This document shows positions 27,708 through 39,272 of a stretch of DNA of 64,000 nt, in pieces (position 1 is the first letter of the stretch; every line of letters starts with the position of its first letter). The position numbers and the translations under genes are program-made. Under the pieces are notes generated by a model. That model saw only the letters and a program-made list of their open reading frames with translations. It made no database searches and was not told the origin of the DNA. The stretch comes from Adineta vaga (taxonomy: Eukaryota > Animalia > Rotifera), in the NCBI GenBank assembly GCA_021613535.1, contig CP075496.1:7688001-7752000 (forward strand), written 5' to 3'.

Positions 27708-29160
27708 TTATTGATTGAAAATTAGGCAAAGAATTTCAAGAACAAATATGAGAAAATAGGAGAAGTTTTTGTCATTTTGATTTGAATTTGCAATAGCTTC
27801 TGGTTTGATCACAGCATTGTTTAATAAATCTGGATTTGTGGTCTTTACTAAATGATCAATCCAATCGATATATCCACTGACTCGAGTGTATATACCTAAA
27901 TGAAGAGAGGAAATAATTGAAATGTAATTATGCTATGCGAATTAAAAGACGAAATCACTAATGAGATTCTGATTCTTGTTCGCTTTTTGTTTTAAAATCG
28001 TATATTTTCTGTTGAAAGACTAAAGTCGATCAGACAGAGATTTTTGTATGCTACAGTGAGATTCTTTGCTTAGTGGCTGATAAAAAGCTTCGAAAAGAAG
28101 AAGATACCCTCAAGTGATCAATCGAACAGAGTACGATAAATGATTACAAAATTTTCGAGAAATAATATGACACTCGTGAAATTCAAAATAATTGTGAAAA
28201 TGTTTCATACCAGGTCTCATTGCAACAGCACATCGATGTCCAAATGAAACTATTCCAACTAATTCAAAGATTCCATTACCTTTGTCAAGCATAAGTGGAC
28301 CACCACTGTCACCACTACAAGAATCTAGTTTGCCCTCATCGTATCCGGCACAAACCTGCTTTGCTGGTAGCGTAACTGATGATTTACATCCCTGATTATT
28401 TGTAATTGGCACGGGAACTTGTAGCAATACAGTTGGTGAAGGACCCTCAAATTTTGTGGCACCCCATCCAGCTACCCATCTAAATGTAAAAAGAACCATT
28501 AGTTAATAAATATTTATATTGATCATACGTCATTGTTCCTATTGATGGATATTTTTCTCCATCATTAGCATGTGCAACTGGTAAACATATGAAACCCAAT
28601 CGGTGATCTGTAAAATTCACATTTTTTTCAAGTTCAATAAGCGCAATGTCATTTATGACTCTTCCATTTATATCATATGAGGTATGAAGTACAATACGTT
28701 TGGCTTTGAGAACAAGATATTTTTCAAATATACCGTTATGACCCATCGCAAATGAATAGGAAGACAGGTAGTATTTTGGATTATATTTTTCAAAGCAATG
28801 TGCAGCTGATAAAACATATTGTTCACTGATGAGAGCACTACCTAAATATCACATCTTGAAGTTTTTTTATTAACTAACAAATAGCACTGCTTACCACACA
28901 TATGACTACCTGAAAATTGAACGCTGACTATCCACTATAATAACAAGAAAGATCTTCTTTATCAATATGAATTTCTACGTTTTGTTTTATAAAATTACTG
29001 GCCAACTATGTGGTATTGCTGCTGTACCACCCACAATACGATGATGTGTTGCTGGTGGTGTTCGAGAACAGCCACACTTTGTAGGTGACCATTGACAGGA
29101 ATAAACATAAGAAACGAATAGAATAAAAAGAATAAATATTTGATGAATTCGATAAGACAT
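27708..29160 (-). CDS. Secreted trypsin-like S1 serine protease with hydrophobic C-terminal tail (possible GPI anchor)
   Basis: Signal peptide; CGC...R/IVGG activation site; catalytic triad SAAHC, NDIAL, GDSGGP; S1-pocket Asp (LDSC); last exon GIYTRVSGYIDWI...NFSYFLIFVLEILCLIFNQ*. Confidence 0.93.
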
Positions 29161-29967
29161 TGTTAGTATATTGTAGAATTCAATTGATATGAACGAATTC
29201 AAAATCTATTTAGCTGATAATTAATGTGATAAGCATTTATGTAGTTCTTCGCGTACGCATGTTTTTTTAATGCTATTCTGTGACGCGACGATCTCACAAA
29301 CGGTACATCAGAAAAAAGTGATTCAAACGCGAAAAGAAAAATATCGAGACTCAACTGAGAACATGTATTACTCGGAGTTTGATCATGACATTCGGCTCAT
29401 ATACAGAATGTTCAGAAAAAAGACGAATTTTACTTTCAAGTTTTGAGATAATTAAAAGAAACGTTAGGCGCGATTTTCATCCATCAAATATTTTATAGCT
29501 GAAAGAACACTTGATGTTGCATGATTAGACTTATCGAAATTCATTTCTTCTTAACGATCTATGTTCTATATCTGAACAGCATTCGAAATCTGCTTATCGC
29601 ATCGTATTCCGTATACGAGGGAAGCTCGAATACCATCTAGTTAGAAAAGTGATGATTCATCGTATTGAGAATTTTAATTATTCTTCCTAGTTCTCTAGAG
29701 ACCATCGTATAAGATTAATATAAGATGTGTGACCTTGTAGCACGTACATTTCAAACCATTTTCTTCTAAGGGCCAACTATGACATCTACTTATGGATGAA
29801 TGACTGTAATATAAGTATATATGGTAATGTCTAATATTATTAACATCAAATCGAATAAGAAGAAAGATAATGGATATATATTTGATTAAAAATCATAAAA
29901 CTCTTCTTCCTTACTTTAATCTTTTATATTACAAAAGATGAAGAAAAAAAAAGTAAAAAGTGATTAT

Positions 29968-31125
29968 CTAAAGTCTAGGCGTTATTTTCGAATACCAATT
30001 ATAGATCAATTGATGTGCTATAGCAATCGGTGGTGGAATACGTAGACCTTTATCATTTTTATCAAGATTAACATCACGACTTCTTTGTATCATATCGGCA
30101 ATTTCTTGTCGAGAGAACCATCGACAATCTTCTAATTCTGAATCATGTAAAGTAATGTTTTCCTCAATTGCCGACACATAACATCCAATCATTAATTGTC
30201 CGCCGAGAAATGGCCATGGTTGAGAATCATAATATCGTGCAGTATTTGTATCAACAATCACACCACTTTCTTCCCAAACTTCTCGTGAACAAGCTTCCGG
30301 GATTGATTCACCTGGTTCCATAAATCCAGCTAAACATGTGTACAACGAAGGAGGAAATGAAGCTTTTCGTCCAAGTAGAACATGTTCATTATCGGAATGA
30401 ATGACTAATGTTATGGCAACTGGATCTGTTCAAGGATAAATTGTATTGTTACATTTAGTACATTTACGACGTACACCACCTTCAAGTGATTTTGTTGAGG
30501 AACCACATTTTCCACAATATTGATATGATGTATGCCAATCAAGTAGTGCACGTCCTTGACCACATATAGCTGCATCAATAACAGATAGTTGAGGTAATAA
30601 TGTTCGAAGGTCAACATATACTCCAGGTAAATTATCTGCAAATTGTGCAGGAATTGATAAAGCAAAATAGATGTATTCATCTGGAGTTGGTTCGGATGCT
30701 AATAAATATTTGTTTAAAAGTTTATTATCGATTTTTGTTGCTTCAGTATCTATTAAACACGATGGTCTATCAACAATCAATCGAGAACCAATTCCGAGTA
30801 AAACAACTTCACATTGATCAATAGTTAATTTTGGTTCATTATTCGTTTCAAATAACGTCGAGTAGTTCAACCACATTGGTTGTTGTTTTTCTTGATTAAA
30901 TGAAACTTTTAATTGACGATAGGGTAAAAATCTAGATTGAGAATGTCGAACAATATCTTCTATTGATTTTCGATGAATATTAAGACGATTCAATGGATTT
31001 CCTTGAAAACATTGAAAATTTTTATTGGATGCACAATGCTCAAGAACCGATGAGAAATGAAATTCAGGACGTAAAGCCATGACTTTTAGTCTTCGTAAAT
31101 ATGACTGAATGAATTGCTGCATCAC
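29968..31125 (-). pseudogene. NADH pyrophosphatase (NudC/NPY1/NUDT12-13 family), intronless, interrupted by an in-frame TGA at 30430-30432
   Basis: ORFs 30430-31125 and 29968-30345 are in the same frame. Read through, they give YCGKCG...KCTKCNNTIYP*TDPVAITLV...LLGRK...LYTCLAGFMEPGESIPEACSREVWEESGV...SQPWPF (zinc ribbon, Nudix box, SQPWPF motif). Family call is strong; pseudogene status is uncertain. Confidence 0.85.
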
Positions 31126-31584
31126 TATTACTCAAACAAGCAATCCACAAAATTACCTGATGTTTCTTTATATTCGTTGTTTTAACTACCAGTCTGATTG
31201 CTCTTTGTAACCACCATATATTTTTGGGGTTTTTTGATCGACAGATGACTCCAATTGGTGAGAAGAATATGACACAAACTAGAATCGAGATGATTTAGTT
31301 ACTAGAATGAATGATATGCATTGAATATTTAAAAATAACATCGAACAAAAAAAGAATTGAGATTCAATCAATTCATTGTAGAAAACCTCTCGCGTTCCAC
31401 AATAAAAATATTTTTGAAAGTGTTATTGCGTTAACTTACAATATTTTCAATCAAAAAAGAATACATATATCAGTACAAAAAGAATGACATGTTAGTAAAA
31501 CTTTTGAAGAAAACAATAAAAGTATATTCGGTGTTGCAGTCAAATATTAGTTATGAATGGAATGCTAAGATAAACAAGTTTATG

Positions 31585-32520
31585 TTATGATGATTCATCG
31601 ATATTCGTATTTGATGGTGAAGTTATTGTTGTTTCTGAACTTGTTGGTAAATCTAAATAGAACAAACTCTAGTAAAATGATACCGATATATATCTTTTGT
31701 TTACCAAGAGGATCAGCTTGTTCCAAATCGATATCATGTTGTTCAAATGTAAGATCATTGAGATCAGCGAGTATTCTAGTTGTTGGAATATTTATTTCCG
31801 ATTCTTGTTCATCAATATTAAGTAAAAGTTCATTGTCTTTCTCATCAATTGGATTTGATTGTACATCAGTTGGTACATCTGGAAGTGACACACGTGATAC
31901 ATTTGAACTAATTGATTCTGGTTTCAATGTATCAACAGTAACATCAGGTAGTAGAACCTTTTCACCCTTCTAAACTAAATCATTGATGATAGTTCTTCGA
32001 TAGATAATCAATAATAATTGATTTTCATTACCTGAAAGAAATTTGTATAAGCATCGTGTGTGCGTAAATATAGATGTTGTACAGCATAATTAAGAAATTG
32101 TTTTGTAGCTATACGTCGTTCTTCAACAACAACAGGATTGAAACGTTCTAAGTTTAAGTATAGAATATGATGAAAAGCATTTTTTCTTCTATATAAATAC
32201 CCATATAAGATGATTTCTCAGGAAAATTCGGAAATTTTCCAGGACGATAAATTGCTTGATGGTAACGATGAAGTGTATCGTACAATTTACGAATATCAGA
32301 ATAACGTTTCCAATATATAAGCTAGAAGTATATAGTTTTATTCATATTATATTTCTTACATTCATCAAAACAAAGCTACTCATACTTGATAACTATTTTC
32401 AGTTATTTCTTTTGGTGTAACTTGTAATATAATTTTATATATTGTATAACCGCCAGAATGACGAGCTATTTCTGGCACGTCAAATGATCGTAATTCGTCA
32501 TCTTTTGCTAAAGTTGCCAT
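31585..32520 (-). CDS. PX-domain protein of the SNX15/RPS6KC1 type, PX plus acidic tail only
   Basis: Spliced: MATLAKDD...HSGGYTIYKIILQVTPK...YWKRYSDIRKLY...PGKFPNFPEK...RFNPVVVEERRIATKQFL; five exons; TAA at 31585-31587. Confidence 0.85.
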
Positions 32521-32904
32521 CGGAAATTCGGTAGAAAAACTAGAAATATTTTCAATAGTTTTCAATGGATAAATCTGGAAATAATCAAAACGAGAAGACA
32601 AGATAAGTAGAAATATAAGCAAAGGAAAGGAAATGCAAGCAGCAATGATTTTCTCAGTTTTTATTGGTTCATTTTATTCACCTATAGCAATTTGAATGAG
32701 AACCATTTCCACTGCGTCAAACATACAATCCGATTATTTATTCTTGAAAAAGAATTTTCGATATTTTAATTCTTTCTGGGTAACATATCTTGAGAGTGTC
32801 CATCTTTTTATTTGCGTTGATTCTAGCGATATCAGTAGTCATATAGTACATACAATACATTATATAGGTATACAGTAATCAGAATAACATATTCCTTAAA
32901 GTCA
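32521..32904. promoter_or_regulatory. Probable bidirectional promoter between the PX gene and COQ9
   Basis: Head-to-head start codons at 32520 (-) and 32905 (+), with 384 bp between them. Confidence 0.5.
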
Positions 32905-35230
32905 ATGCAACGATTAGCCTATCTTGGTAATTTTCATCTATCCATTATTATTCTCACCCATATGCATTTGAATATTTTTATTTTCTAGCCGGATCATCAA
33001 CTCGATTTGTTCGAGTCGTTGCGGCCAATCATTTGAAAAATGATCGAGTCTTATTCGAACAAAGCACTAAACTCTGCAATGCAAATAATATCATCTTTCA
33101 ACGTTGTTTAGCAACTAAAAGCAAAGATACAAAAAATACCACTGAAATCGATCCGCATAACGATTTGTATAAACCATCAACAGCCAAACAAGGAACGCAT
33201 ATACCAGATGATCTCAAACATCATCATCAAGCAACAGACACAATTACTAGTACAGTGAATGCAACATCGATCAGTGGTGGAAAAGTTTGGTAAGTAATTT
33301 TTTGGAAAGCCATTACAACCAGTAAAATATATCAGAATATGTTTCAATGAATTCTTCTTTTGTATTTCTTCCATTTAGGTCAGCTCAAAATCCTGATAAT
33401 GTGCATGTTGCTCCACTTGGTCGTGTTACAGCAACAACATTTGTTCCAAAATCTGGTGAAAACGGTCAACAAAATCATGAAACAACTGTTTATACCACAC
33501 AAGGCGAATTGAATATTGTCGATCCTTTTAAAACACATACATTACAACCAGAACCTACATCCGCTAAATTAGCTGAAGCAGCGGCTGCTTCTGCATTTGA
33601 AACATTTGCACCAGATGCACCATTAACACCAGCACAAGGAGCCGAAGCAGTTTTTGCACCTAAAATTTCTTCGACAGATATTTATTCAACAACGTCCTCA
33701 CCAACTGCAGATTTTGAAACCAATGTACCAGCGTCATCAAATGAACCACCAAAATATGAAACAGCAGCGAAAGGAAAAGTGTTCGGTGGACAGAATACAT
33801 CTGCAGACACGAAGAAACATCCCAATGAAGATCCATTTCAATTCGGAGAAAAAGACAAACCAAGGCAAGCAAAATGAATTATTTTTGATAAAAAAGAAAA
33901 AAAATATAAACTATTTCAATACTATTCTATCTATTTGTATTATTATTTCTGCATAACATTTAAAAATTAAAAACAGTATTTCTTATGCTCTGATTTTTCC
34001 TTTTTACTTCAAAAAAAACAACATATACATGTATTTAGAAAAACTTAATAAATGAACATAGAAGGTAAAATGAAAATAACCAAACATTATAATCAGCACA
34101 GTGGCTTGAATAACGCTATGACCTAAGAATTATAGATAACAATGTATTTATGGATGTTTAAAATCGTTTGAAAACATAAAAGTTTTTCATTCTATCTCTA
34201 ATATATATATATATATGTTCCTTTAGCAATGATACCAAAGAAATTCCTGTTCAACGTGAACGTAATATTCGTGAAGAAATCTTATGTGAATCATTAAAAT
34301 ACGTCCATGACAAAGGATGGTCAATGGAAGCCATTCGGACTGGTTTGTTCTTGAAATTAAACTATATATTTATTCACTAATTATCTTTGAAACAGGTATT
34401 CGTGCATGTAATGAACCAGCAACAACAGAAGCATTATTTTATAATGGATATGATCTTGTGGAATATTTCATGCGTGATGCAAATACTAAAATGGTTGCTT
34501 ATATGAATGAATTAGCTGATAAGTAATAGAAGAAAGAAAAAAAAGATAATTGATATATTCTCATTTGTTTGTTTTTTTTAGAGAAAACTTACAAGGAACT
34601 GCTCTACTTTTGGATGGTCTGAAATATCGTCTAAAACTTGTGATACCTTATGCCAATACTTGGGAACAGGTATGTATTTATTCATCGTTTATTAGTTTTC
34701 GAAGCTAATTTCTTATTTTAGGCCTTGGCACAAAAAGGTTTACCACCAAATGCTAAACGCGCTTGGAAAAGTTTACTAGATTTAGCTAATGATGCTTGGT
34801 TTAGTATTGGTGATACATCCACTGATGTAATTCATCGTAATCTTTATTTATTACATCTCTTTCTTTCCTCTTGTTCATCTTAGATCAAATGGTATACAAA
34901 ACGATTATCCATTGCAACCATTTATCGATCTGCAGAAATCTACATGCTAAAAGATCAATCGCCAAATAAAATCGAAACAATGAATTTTCTTGAACGACAT
35001 TTAAGCGATTATCATACAACTGGTTCCGTCCGATCTTCAGTATAAATCTGAATTGTTTTTTTCATTTAAAATATCATCTTACATTTTTTTAGGTCTCACA
35101 ATCTCTTTCGGATACTGCACAAGTAGCCAGCGGTTTACTAACAGTGGTATGTGTCCAAACAAGACTTTTTCCAAAGACTTTTTCCTCGTTTGTTTTTCAA
35201 TAGATGCGTACAATGACAACTCGTCGATAG
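32905..35230 (+). CDS. COQ9: Ubiquinone biosynthesis protein COQ9, mitochondrial, with a long low-complexity N-terminal region
   Basis: Arg-rich presequence-like start MQRLAYLAGSSTRFVRVV; core exons ILCESLKYVHDKGWSMEAI...LKYRLKLVIPYANTWEQAL...LANDAWFSIGDTSTD/IKWYTKRLSIATIYRSAEIYMLKDQSP...TMNFLERHL; TAG at 35228-35230. Joining the 33379-33864 exon to 34227 requires a GC-AG intron. Confidence 0.88.
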
Positions 35231-35423
35231 ATGAACAATCTTTTTTTTCTACTATATACACATAATTATTAGCACGATTGTCAAGCAAAAACTAAATTTC
35301 ATTATAAATGATTGTTATTTTGTAGTTTGAAAGAATATCTTGATTTATCTTTCTTTCTTTTGAAATAGTACGTTGATAATACAAAAAAAACAGAAAACAA
35401 AACAAAATCAGTAGAATCAACAA

Positions 35424-38400
35424 CTATGACGAATCATCCTCGTCACTTCCGTTATTATTTCCGTTCATATGACCATTTCCTTCAAAATTTAGCTGAAATA
35501 AAAAGAAACAGAAAAGAACTTTAGTATAAAATCAATCAATTAAAATAGATTAATTACATCATTATCATCATCACTTTCATTCATGGCTTCTTCATCTTCA
35601 TCTTCATTGTCTTGTAAACCAAGATCAAGATCATCGGATAAACCTGAATATTCATCGTATTCTGATGGACTTGGTACTAATTCATCTTGCGTTTGATCAC
35701 CTTCGATATCATCATCAGAAACATCTTCAAAAATGAATGACGGTTTAGTACAAATAGTTGCATCACTACTGGATAATTCGTTGTTGCGACTATTGATCTA
35801 AAATAATGTTTAAATAGAACACGAAGATTTTAAATGAATATACAATAGTCTCATTTGCTTCAGAGAGAAGTTATAGTTTATAGTTTTATGACTGAATAAA
35901 TGTAAACGCTGTTTGATCTTATCGATTTGAAAAGAGTAAACCAATTTGCACTATACAAATTACTTGATATGTGAAGTTTGACATTCTCTGATAACTCTCT
36001 TTATAGACGACGAATCTTACGAATTATCAATTTATCGGGAAAAGCCATACATAAGAGTAGATTTACTAGTTGAACTATTGCTTTAAATATACTGCACGAA
36101 TCTGTGAAAATAATGGGAAAGTAATATAGACGACTTCAAATGAGTATTATATTGATATAGACCATAATGAATCATAAACACTTCTAGTTTTCAATCAATA
36201 ATCAATATTTAATCGAAGACTTCATAGTACATTGGTCATATTCATCCAGGAGAACGCTTTCTCTTTTTTTCTATTCGATATGCTTCACTTATTTTCTACT
36301 TTTCTGTTGACGACGATTATATATCTACATGTACATAAATGCCCTTATCAGTCGTTACCTTTTAAAAGTATCATTTAAGGGCATTACTCCTCGATGTTTA
36401 TGTCATAATATCAATTACCAAACTGTCAATATAAGATAGAAAGTAAATTTTTTTCTCTTCTCTTTTTTTTCTAATTTAGTTAAATAGAAATTTATCTTTA
36501 GCTTACTTGGGAAGCAATCAATGATAATTTTCCATGAAGTCTTGCTAATTTTGGATAAAGTCTTGTACGCGCTTCAATCAGTTCATACATTGGACCAAGA
36601 CGTTCGGTGATATCCGCACACTAGAATGATTTAATCATAGAAATCAGTAATAAATATAAATTGCTTCTTGGCATACTGTCATCAGATATGATGTATGGGT
36701 ACTCAATACTGCTCGTAACCATTTTGATGCGATGAGACCTCTGAAAAAGAAATGAAATGTTTTTTTCCTCTATAGAAAATTTTTTCAGGTTAGTTCGATT
36801 TTACTTGTCTGCACTCTGATAGAGATATTTGTTTAAACAATCAATTAATGGCAAAAGAACTGGAATGGCAAGTGCACGTACTGTTTTTTCAATAATTTTT
36901 TCATTACGACAGCATAAAACTTGCTAAAATCAAAAGAAGACGTCATCATATAGCCACATATATATATTGATTAATAATGATCAATCACGGATCCTCCCTT
37001 TTCTTTTCTTTGTTTTTTTTATTTCCCTTAATGCATTTTGTTTAAACAAAAGGGAAAAAAGAAAGACGAACGGTCGATCATGCGTATAACTATGGACGAG
37101 TACGTGAAATCAAACAAAGAAAAAAAGGACAAATGATTCAACAATAAAAACTATCGGTTATATCTTTCTGTTCTAGATTTTAATCTTAACTTCTTTCGAA
37201 TGGGACAATCACAATCATCGAAATTCGATAAATTATTTACATTGATATGTACGGATAATACCGAAGAATTAAGTCGACAATTACGATCGTGTTCAACACC
37301 TGAACAGACAGCATGTCTATCGAATTTATCAGATGCGGATAAAGCTGCAACATTACTAATGTATGCTGCATTTTATGGTAATATGGCTATATGTCGTTTA
37401 TTACTTGAATCAGGCGCACGATTATATAGTCGAGATAATGAAGGACGAAATGTTTTATTCTATGCTATCGCTGGTCAAGCATATAATGTAACAAAATATT
37501 TAATTGAAACTGCTCTAGCAGATATTGATATTGAGACACAAAAGAATTTTATTAATAATTCAGATAATACAGGTGAAACATGTTTACATGAAGCAGTCAA
37601 AGTTCATGCTGTATCCTGTATTGAATTACTATTAAAACATGATATTGATGTGAATATTGTTAATAAAGATGGTGTCACTGCTCTCCATCGTGCTGTAGAT
37701 CTCGGTAAGTTAAATTTAAAGAATCTATTTCTCGAATAAAAGTTTCTTTTAAATAAAGGTCATCCAGATATTGTACGATTGTTACTTAAACATAAAGCGG
37801 AATTGAATACAAAAGATGCATCCGGTTGGACTCCATTGCATGTTGCATCTGCACATAATGATGTCGAATTAGTACGTTTATTAGTTAATCGTGGTGCACG
37901 CGTCAATGCTACTGATAATCAAGGCCATTCACCATTAAAATGGGCACGTGAAACAGGTTCGCGAGATGTATTTACTTATCTTAAAAGTCAAGGTGCTAAA
38001 GAATTCGATTCTTCAACCGCAACATTAACAACAACGGCGACAACAGTAAATTCTACTGCTCAACGTTCAAGTAAAAAACGAACGAGTTTAAGAAAATCTT
38101 CGATACCATCAACACCCCCTCAAGATGACACAACATCGAAAACATTATCTTAAAATTTAAAGAACAGATTTTCTAGAGTTTTCAATCGTCTTTTTTTTCT
38201 TCTCCTCTCCTTGTTTATAATGTTTCATATAATAATCATTTTGAAAGAAAAATATCTGAGCATTCAATATGCTTAGGAATGATATACTTACATCAAGTAG
38301 AGTACTGTCAGAACTTTGTAATCCTTGAGTAAGTAATGTAACAAGACTATCAGCTGCTAAACTTTGTTGTTTTTGTTCTGAATTTAATTGACCAGTTGAT

Positions 38401-38788
38401 GTTTGATTTTCAAAGGCACTCAAACGTTCAGATAAAGGTACCTATGCAAAAGAAAAACGAAAAACTTTATTTATTTATTTAAGTGAATCTATACAAAAGA
38501 ACAAACTTCATTTTGAATAATTTCTGTTGCTCGTCGTTTTTTATTACTTATTGTATTCGATGTTTGAGTTAATACAACAGCTTCATTAGGTTTAACAGCA
38601 CTTTTTGTCTAGAAGATGGGGGAAAAAAAGAAATTATGATATATATATATATTATTGAAAGGAATTGAAATAAATCATGAAACCTTTGTCACTTGTTGTT
38701 CACTAGCAGCAACAACAATTATGGGTGCAGATGACCGTTTTGGATCATCGCGTTTAGATTTACGACTTGTATTATTTGTAGATGTCAT
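35424..38788 (-). CDS. WDR43: WDR43/UTP5-like SSU processome protein, Utp12-type C-terminal domain plus acidic tail, no WD40 repeats
   Basis: Spliced: SLVTLLTQGLQSSDSTLLD/QVLCCRNEKIIEKTVRAL...KWLRAVLSTHTSYLMT/CADITERLGPMYELIEARTRLYPKLARLHGKLSLIASQ, followed by a D/E-rich tail; TAG at 35424-35426. The ATG at 38788 has an in-frame TAA two codons upstream. Confidence 0.85.
37200..38153 (+). CDS. Ankyrin-repeat protein with N-myristoylation-like start, nested antisense in a WDR43-like intron
   Basis: Two coding exons (37200-37704, 37759-38153; GT-AG, phase 1). Ankyrin motifs GETCLHEAVK, GVTALHRAVDLGH, GWTPLHVASAHN, GHSPLKWA; starts MGQSQS. Confidence 0.93.
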
Positions 38789-39272
38789 ATTTTAACGGTA
38801 GAAGTTAATCTAAAAAAATCGATAGACAAATATATCTAATTGTATCTAATGAATAAGTTGAATTAGTACGTATGTAGAAACGAAATGTATGTGTAGTAGT
38901 AGTACTACACCATTAATAGTAGTTAGTTACTTTACCAATTGTATTGAGATAGGAAGCAACCAATCATATGATATTCTTATAGAGGACATGAATAGAAAGG
39001 AGAAAGAAAGAAAGAAAGAAAGAAACAATCAATGTGAAATGTAATTGAGTATTACATTACGACATTGTGTTTCATAGTTTATTATAGAGTATATTCTAAA
39101 GCTACTCAATCAAAAATTCATTAAATATGTATTGTTCTATACAGATTGAAAATCAAAAGAGATCATTTCTTTAGGAATCCGAAAAGTTATTCTATAAAGA
39201 TTTCTATTTCGTAAGTTTATTCATGAATATCATTGAAAACAAATAATCTATTCAATGTACTAAAAGATTATT

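Noticed and set aside
30430-30432. Selenocysteine interpretation of the Nudix in-frame TGA
   Set aside because: The position is a conserved Arg, not Cys; I saw no convincing SECIS downstream; the context (TGA ACA) is not the TGA-CTAG readthrough motif.
33347-33877. 176-aa ORF as an independent gene
   Set aside because: Its first codons are intronic; it is an exon of the COQ9 locus (acceptor at 33377-33378).
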